Shown: piece by piece, positions 58,904 to 64,000 of the stretch
Numbering within the stretch: the stretch's first letter is position 1
Layout of the letters: the number at the start of each line of letters is the position of its first letter
From: Podarcis erhardii
Taxonomy: Eukaryota
Direction: 5' to 3' (one strand)
Length of the DNA stretch: 64,000 bases
Assembly (NCBI GenBank): GCA_964252035.1
Contig: OZ176201.1
Translations under genes and position numbers: made by a program
Notes under the pieces: model-generated
Database searches by the model: none
The model's input: only the letters and a program-made list of their open reading frames with translations
Told to the model about the DNA's origin: nothing

Positions 58904-59697
58904 GTGAGTTATTCTGAATGGCATCAGGAAGCAGAAAGGACTGGTTGTCTTGCAAGTCATCTAAGAGGAGGAGAGACCCAAAGGAAGCTGCTTAAGTTGG
59001 AGATTTGCTAGCAGTATTCACTATCATTGTGTCATGGAAGGCTGCCCTGATTCTAGCTGAGGTCCAAAGCGTACAGTGGAGCATCTTGCAATCGTAAATG
59101 TATGGTCCCCAAATTCTTCATTTGGAATAGTATATGCGTGGAAGGCAAAGTGTACTAGCTTTTCTAATTTTGTTCTGGTTTTCAAAATAAAGTTTTTTTT
59201 GAGAGTGTTTCTTCTCCAAGTACTTAGCAGAGGCTAGCCACACACAGTTCTTCACCTCCCAAAACAGAACTTCCTATCATGTCTTCAGCTACAAGGCCTG
59301 GAAGAGCTATGTTAAAATAAGCAGGATGTTTCATTTTAAAAAAATGAAAATATAAAGCAGTACAGTGCTGCCCAGGTAATGGAATCCTGTGCACCGCATT
59401 CTGTGTGTAGCAGCAACTGCTGGCTCCTTAATCGGTTGGTTTTTGCATTTATATACTTCCTTGTTGCCATGGCACCCAAGGTGGTGTACTAAAATGAACA
59501 AATATGCAAAATTGTTGAACAAACGAGTTCTTTCACGGACCCTCTGGGATCCAATGGCATGAGCTCCCTGCTCTGGACTCCCTCTCCTTCTTAGTCGCCA
59601 TCTTGTTTTTACAAGATGGGTGTGATGACTTGCTGGTGGGTGCCCGTCGGTCTTCTGATCCTTCCGCTGATGGTGCCTTTTGCTGTCTTTTGCTTAG

Positions 59698-59783
59698 TTC
59701 CTTTCTTGCCTGGGGCAGCTGCCCCCCATTCTCAGTACCACCGACATCTTGTGGCTTTCCTGCTTCTGCTACCCGTTGCTAAG
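59698..59783 (+). CDS. TMEM94: TMEM94 coding exon 25 (FLSCLGQLPPILSTTDILWLSCFCYPLL)
   Basis: tgcttAG|TTC ... CTAAG|gtgagt; 86 nt, phase 0-2. Confidence 0.96.
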
Positions 59784-60074
59784 GTGAGTAAGGTTTCTCA
59801 CTGTCATTCACAAGCATGCTCTACTTTGGGGATGCTCGCAGGAGTTCCACTTCTTTCCTAAGATAAAATGGGGCCACACCGGGGGCGGGCACCTGGTTTT
59901 CATGTTCTGGCCACCACGTTGGAGACCATGTGGAGTCCACAATGCCTATATGGATCAGCCTTCATGGTGTGGAGAGTTGGCTATGCTAGCGCTGTTCGTC
60001 TCTGCTAGTGCTGGCCTGTAGATTCTCTCTCTGCAAAAAAGATGTGCTGAGTTGCTTTTGTCCATTACGGCCCA

Positions 60075-60180
60075 CAGATAATGTTGTACTTCAGCTACCA
60101 TTGGATTCAGCCAGCATGCCCAATGATCAGGAATGTTGGAAGTTAACAGCAGCTTCTGGAGGGCCACAAGTTTTCCCTAT
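60075..60180. mobile_element. Degenerate hAT-Charlie MITE
   Basis: CAGCCAGCATGCCCAATGATCAGG...TCTGGAGGGCCACAAGTT. Confidence 0.55.
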
Positions 60181-60388
60181 CCCCGCTGCAAGGCTTAAAT
60201 CTGCCTTTCTTTTCACTAGTTGAGCAGGAACTTTGTTGGTCTCTGACTTCTGCTGTCTTTTGGATATGGAGACAATAAATAAGCGAGTGAGAGGAGGCCT
60301 GTTGTGACCTGGTTAACTGTCAACTGGCTTAAAGTGACTTGACAGTACAGGAAGAAACTGTGTGAAAAGGGCCTCCCTATATTAGCTG

Positions 60389-60390
<2 letters not shown>

Positions 60391-60435
<45 letters not shown>
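60391..60435. repeat. (AAC)15 microsatellite
   Basis: Read directly. Confidence 0.95.
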
Positions 60436-60436
<1 letters not shown>

Positions 60437-60632
60437 TTTATTATTTATACCCTGCCCATCTGGCTGGGTTTCCCCAGCTACTCTGGGCGGCTCCCAAACA
60501 AGTATTAAAAACACAATACAGCATTAAACACAATACAGCATTATGGGGGTTTCATGTGCGTAGTCTCAGCAGGTTCCGTTGTGGTTCTGCTCTGATATCT
60601 AGGCTAATTCTAGTTTTGTTTCCTCTTCCAAG

Positions 60633-60714
60633 TGTGTCCCTCCTGGGCAAGCCCCCTCACAGTTCCATCATGTCCATGGCAACTGGGAAGAACCTGACCT
60701 CCATTCCTAAAAAG
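60633..60714 (+). CDS. TMEM94: TMEM94 coding exon 26 (VSLLGKPPHSSIMSMATGKNLTSIPKK)
   Basis: ttccaAG|T ... AAG|gtaaga; 82 nt, phase 2-0. Confidence 0.96.
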
Positions 60715-61011
60715 GTAAGAAAAGGTTACGATTGGATAGGCATTCACTAGGGTCCGCGTGTGGCAAGGTCAGAAGGTGTGAAAGTAATGTTCTTACCAGC
60801 TGCCGACACATGACACCCCAGTGATTGCAACGCCGCAGATCTTGCTAGCAATTAGCTTAGCTAAATGTTTAGCATGCTGGAGTCTGGCCTCTACATCAGG
60901 GGCCTTCCTGCTGCTCAAGGCAAGAAAGTTGGCTCAGCCTCCTGCTGGCGAATTCTTGCTTCCGTTGCCACTAGAGGGAACTGGGGCTAACAGCATAGGG
61001 AGAGCCGTTCT

Positions 61012-61165
61012 GGATCCGGCCAAAGGCTCGCCCTGTCCAGCATCTTGGCAAACAGATGACTTTGGGAAGCCCACTAGCAGGATCTGAGCTCAACACAGCA
61101 CTCTGCCCCCCCTGTGATTCCCAGTCCATTGTAATTCAGACACATGCTGCTTCCTCCAACAGCAG
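61012..61165 (-). mobile_element. CR1 3' UTR fragment
   Basis: Reverse complement resembles the 3' UTR of the CR1 at 12970-13143. Confidence 0.55.
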
Positions 61166-61809
61166 TTCTGGTGTGAGAGAACAGGTCCTGATTTTCAATC
61201 TCCCTCGCTCACTCACACTCTTACTTGCTGTTGAAGTAAGAACAAACCTATTTGGTTCAAGGCAGAGCCATGTCTCATGCCTGGGTAAGAGCTTCCTTCC
61301 TCACATCTCCTGAGGTTGGTTATCCCTGTTCCTTTACAGAGAGAAGGTGGGTTTCAAAGGAACGTGCCTTTGAGAGAAGTGGGCCAGTAGGTGGGAGAAG
61401 GGGAGCATAATATGGAGCATACAGGTTCCTCATTGGTTTAATGTTTCTGTTGTGAACCATAGGCTGAAACAAGATGTTATGGGGTGGGGGAATATTTAGT
61501 TGCTACTGAACAAAGTCAGGGAGTCCCTTTTAGAATGATCCATTCCTGGACATTGTTCAGAATGGTTTTCTGACGGCTCTGGACAAATTCTCTTCTGGCA
61601 CTATGTTTGGTTGTCTTGATATACTGGTTCATCTATGAAACTTGGGAGATGACCAGCTTGATTGATGCCATCCCTCCCAAGCATCTCCTCCCATCTAGTA
61701 GAGACTGTCTTGGCTCTGCCTGGCTCTGCCTACCCCCTTAATTGTTAGCAGGATGTGTGTGTGCCTGCGAGGCATGCTTGTGTGGCTGTAGTATATTTGT
61801 GTGTGTGTG

Positions 61810-62157
61810 GTATGCAGGTGGCACTGTAAGATAAACCACAGAGCCTAGGACTTGCCGATCAGAAGGTCAGCGGTTTGAATCCCCGCGACGGGGTGAGCTC
61901 CCATTGCTTGGTCCCTGCTCCTGCCAACCTAGCAGTTCGAAAGCACGTCAAAGTTCAAGTAGATAAATAGGTACCGCTCCAGCGGGAAAGTAAACGGCGT
62001 TTCCATGCATTGCTCTGGTTCGCCAGAAGTGGTTTAGTCATGCTGGCCACATGACCCGGAAACTGTACGCCGGCTCCCTCGGCCAATAAAGCGAGATGAG
62101 CACTGCAACCCCAGAGGCAGTCATGACCGGACCTAATGGTCAGGGGTCCCTTTACCT
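61810..62157 (+). mobile_element. Near full-length Sauria-type SINE
   Basis: Colinear with the copy at 20093-20453. Confidence 0.92.
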
Positions 62158-62685
62158 TATGGTGCCCATCAAGGTTACTCAGCTTTCCAAATGTGCCCAA
62201 AGGTCCCAGAAGGTCAGCAACCCTCAGCTCCAGGTTTCCCTGAATGAAACTGATTATTTGGATCCAGTCTTGGGCTGGCCCAAGATGTTTTGACGCTATA
62301 GGCAGAATGCCCTGTCCCCCTCCCCACACATCTAGGCCCCCTCTCTTGTCCCTGCTTCTGCCCCCTCACTGCTGCCAGCCCCATCACCTCAACTGTACCT
62401 GTGATTATGTCTGCACTACCACCATGGCACAGCAGTGGGGTGAGGGCACAGCGGCAGCAGTGAAGGCAACAGGGCTGACCCCAGTGGGGTCAGACTCGCC
62501 ACCTGAAGCAAATGGCTTCACCTCGCCTAATGCAGGGGCCTCTCCTGTTTTACCATCCTAGCCCCTAACATACACTGGAAGCATCTCTGATGATTCTTCC
62601 TGGATCTCTCAGTAGCAGGAGCCCCTTGCAGGGAGAGGGCCAGGCCAGGGTACCATCCTTTGGTGCCTCCACTTGTTCCTGGGAG

Positions 62686-62688
<3 letters not shown>

Positions 62689-62730
<42 letters not shown>

Positions 62731-62765
62731 TACAATTACAATTACAGTATTATTATTATTATTAT
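62689..62765. repeat. (AAT)14 followed by a degenerate (TAC AAT)/(ATT)n array
   Basis: Read directly. Confidence 0.9.
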
Positions 62766-63240
62766 TTCTACCCCACCCATCTGGCTGGGTTTCCCCAGCC
62801 ACTCTGGGTGGCTTTCAACAGAACATTAAAAACAAAATAAAACTTCAAACGTTAAAAACTTCTCTAAACAGGGCACCAGTGGGTGGTGCATGACTTTTTC
62901 TGCCCTGGAGTTGTTGGGTTTGTTTTCAATGATGATGATGATTCATCTCCAGACTTCCTCTTTCTCTTGTCATATACCCGTATTCCACATTTGGTTATAT
63001 TTATAATGCACCAGTCCCTGTAGTCCTGCAAAATGGTAGAAGTTCCTTGGGAGGGAGGTGGGTTGAAGAGTTGCGCCAACAGCAGCCACACATCCCAGTG
63101 ACCATCTAGTTTGGGCCTGAGGAGCAGCCCCGGAGGAGGGTGCTCACCCAATCCTCTTCCGCAAGACTGCAGCTGGTAAGCCTGAGGCCTGGCCTCCCAT
63201 TCTTGTAAGTCACTCCGGCCTTCCCGTCAATGTCTTGCAG

Positions 63241-63401
63241 ACCCAGCAATACTTCCTGTTCTGCTTCCTGCTGAAATTCAGCCTCACCATCTGCACCTGC
63301 TTGGTTTGCTTTGGCTACATGCTGCAGGATTACTGTGCGAACTTCAACTCCTCTGCCTTCAATGTGAATGTCACGGGCTGCTCCTCCATCATGCTGCACA
63401 G
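63241..63401 (+). CDS. TMEM94: TMEM94 coding exon 27 (TQQYFLFCFLLKFSLTICTCLVCFG...CSSIMLH); gene continues past the window
   Basis: cttgcAG|ACC ... CACAG|gttagc; 161 nt, phase 0-2; no stop codon reached. Confidence 0.93.
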
Positions 63402-63557
63402 GTTAGCGGGCGCTCGGGGTCCAGCTATCCACTGAAGTTCCCAAATGCAGTGGTGTCTACCCAGAGGAAGTGTGTGTTGGGATGGTTTTAGCACAGCTTC
63501 TTTTAAGGTTTCGTTTGTGGGTGGCACAGTTTGGATTATGTAGACTATGTTGTTTAT

Positions 63558-63630
63558 AGAATCATAGAGTTGGAAGGGTCATCTATTCCAACCCCCTGCA
63601 ATGCAGGAATCTCAACTAAAGCATTCATGA
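63558..63630 (-). mobile_element. CR1-type 3' tail fragment
   Basis: ATAGAATCATAGAGTTGGAAGGG...TCCAACCCCTGCAATGCAGGAAT. Confidence 0.7.
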
Positions 63631-63788
63631 CAGATTGTTGTTTCTAGTGGCTTTTCCAAAGATGGGTCTAGAAGAGTGGAAAGTCATGGAATACAGGCTT
63701 GTGCTACGTTGCCCGTACTCTCAGGTTTCCCTACGCTGATAAGGACTAGAAACTTAGTTTCTTTTTAAAAAACCTAAGGCTATGTTTT

Positions 63789-63808
63789 ACACACACACAC
63801 ACACACAC
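63789..63808. repeat. (AC)10 microsatellite
   Basis: Read directly. Confidence 0.9.
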
Positions 63809-64000
63809 TTTCTTTATAAATAAATTCAAGAAGGGTAACAAAGAAATTAAACAAAGCAATATAAAGTAATTAAAACGGCAAAGCCGAAAAGAAAACAGTA
63901 ATGGAAGTATTAAGAAGTCTTAAAACACCAACTCTGTGTTTTATTAATCACCCCATAACCCTCTGAAATTCAGTTTTTTCAAATGGAGTTCGTTGATGCC

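Larger units (their letters stand above)
5491..63401 (+). other. TMEM94: TMEM94 gene span in the window (5' non-coding exon and 3' exons lie outside the window)
   Basis: Chain of GT-AG exons whose joined translation matches, from memory, vertebrate TMEM94 in order (e.g. MYPDLHMPFAPSWSLHW, VLCCVDKQGILSWPNPSPETVLFFSGK, KKVLDFYQRACLSGYCSAF, AKLPRGIHQVRPHLQNIDNVP). All splice phases are compatible. Confidence 0.97.

Noticed and set aside
63451-63510. Possible next TMEM94 exon after cccaaatgcAG
   Set aside because: The translation does not resemble the expected following segment; the next exon is probably beyond the window.
1-64000. CRISPR arrays, operons, rRNA or prokaryotic defence systems
   Set aside because: The DNA is vertebrate intron-exon sequence; repeats are microsatellites or dispersed TEs with no repeat-spacer periodicity.

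Overview
Eukaryotic (vertebrate) genomic DNA, almost certainly from a squamate and probably a lacertid lizard, judged from Sauria-type SINEs, CR1/L2/L1 fragments and TA-flanked MITEs. The window lies almost entirely within one + strand gene, TMEM94 (KIAA0195; the P-type-ATPase-like ER membrane protein also called ERMA). I traced by hand 26 shared coding exons (28504-63401) with consistent GT-AG phases. There are two alternative first coding exons: MDSKEKCQ at 5599-5622 and MLFKQTDLWMSQQAKSGK at 16945-16998. The MDSK path gives 3665 coding nt. The non-coding first exon lies upstream and the last few coding exons lie downstream of the window. Introns are packed with transposon remnants and microsatellites, and there is one 136-N assembly gap. 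Most ORFs in the supplied track are spurious. Most notable observations: (1) a 755-bp solo LTR almost entirely covered by one reading frame with a single frameshift; (2) TA-CCGG-TA DNA-transposon excision footprints, one with a within-window ancestral comparison; (3) a hAT MITE whose target-site duplication copied a splice donor; (4) a Penelope-derived hammerhead-ribozyme motif in an 85-bp hairpin, with an inverted partner on the other side of an exon; (5) several candidate unannotated exons or recursive splice sites. All homology statements come from my memory of the families; no searches were run.
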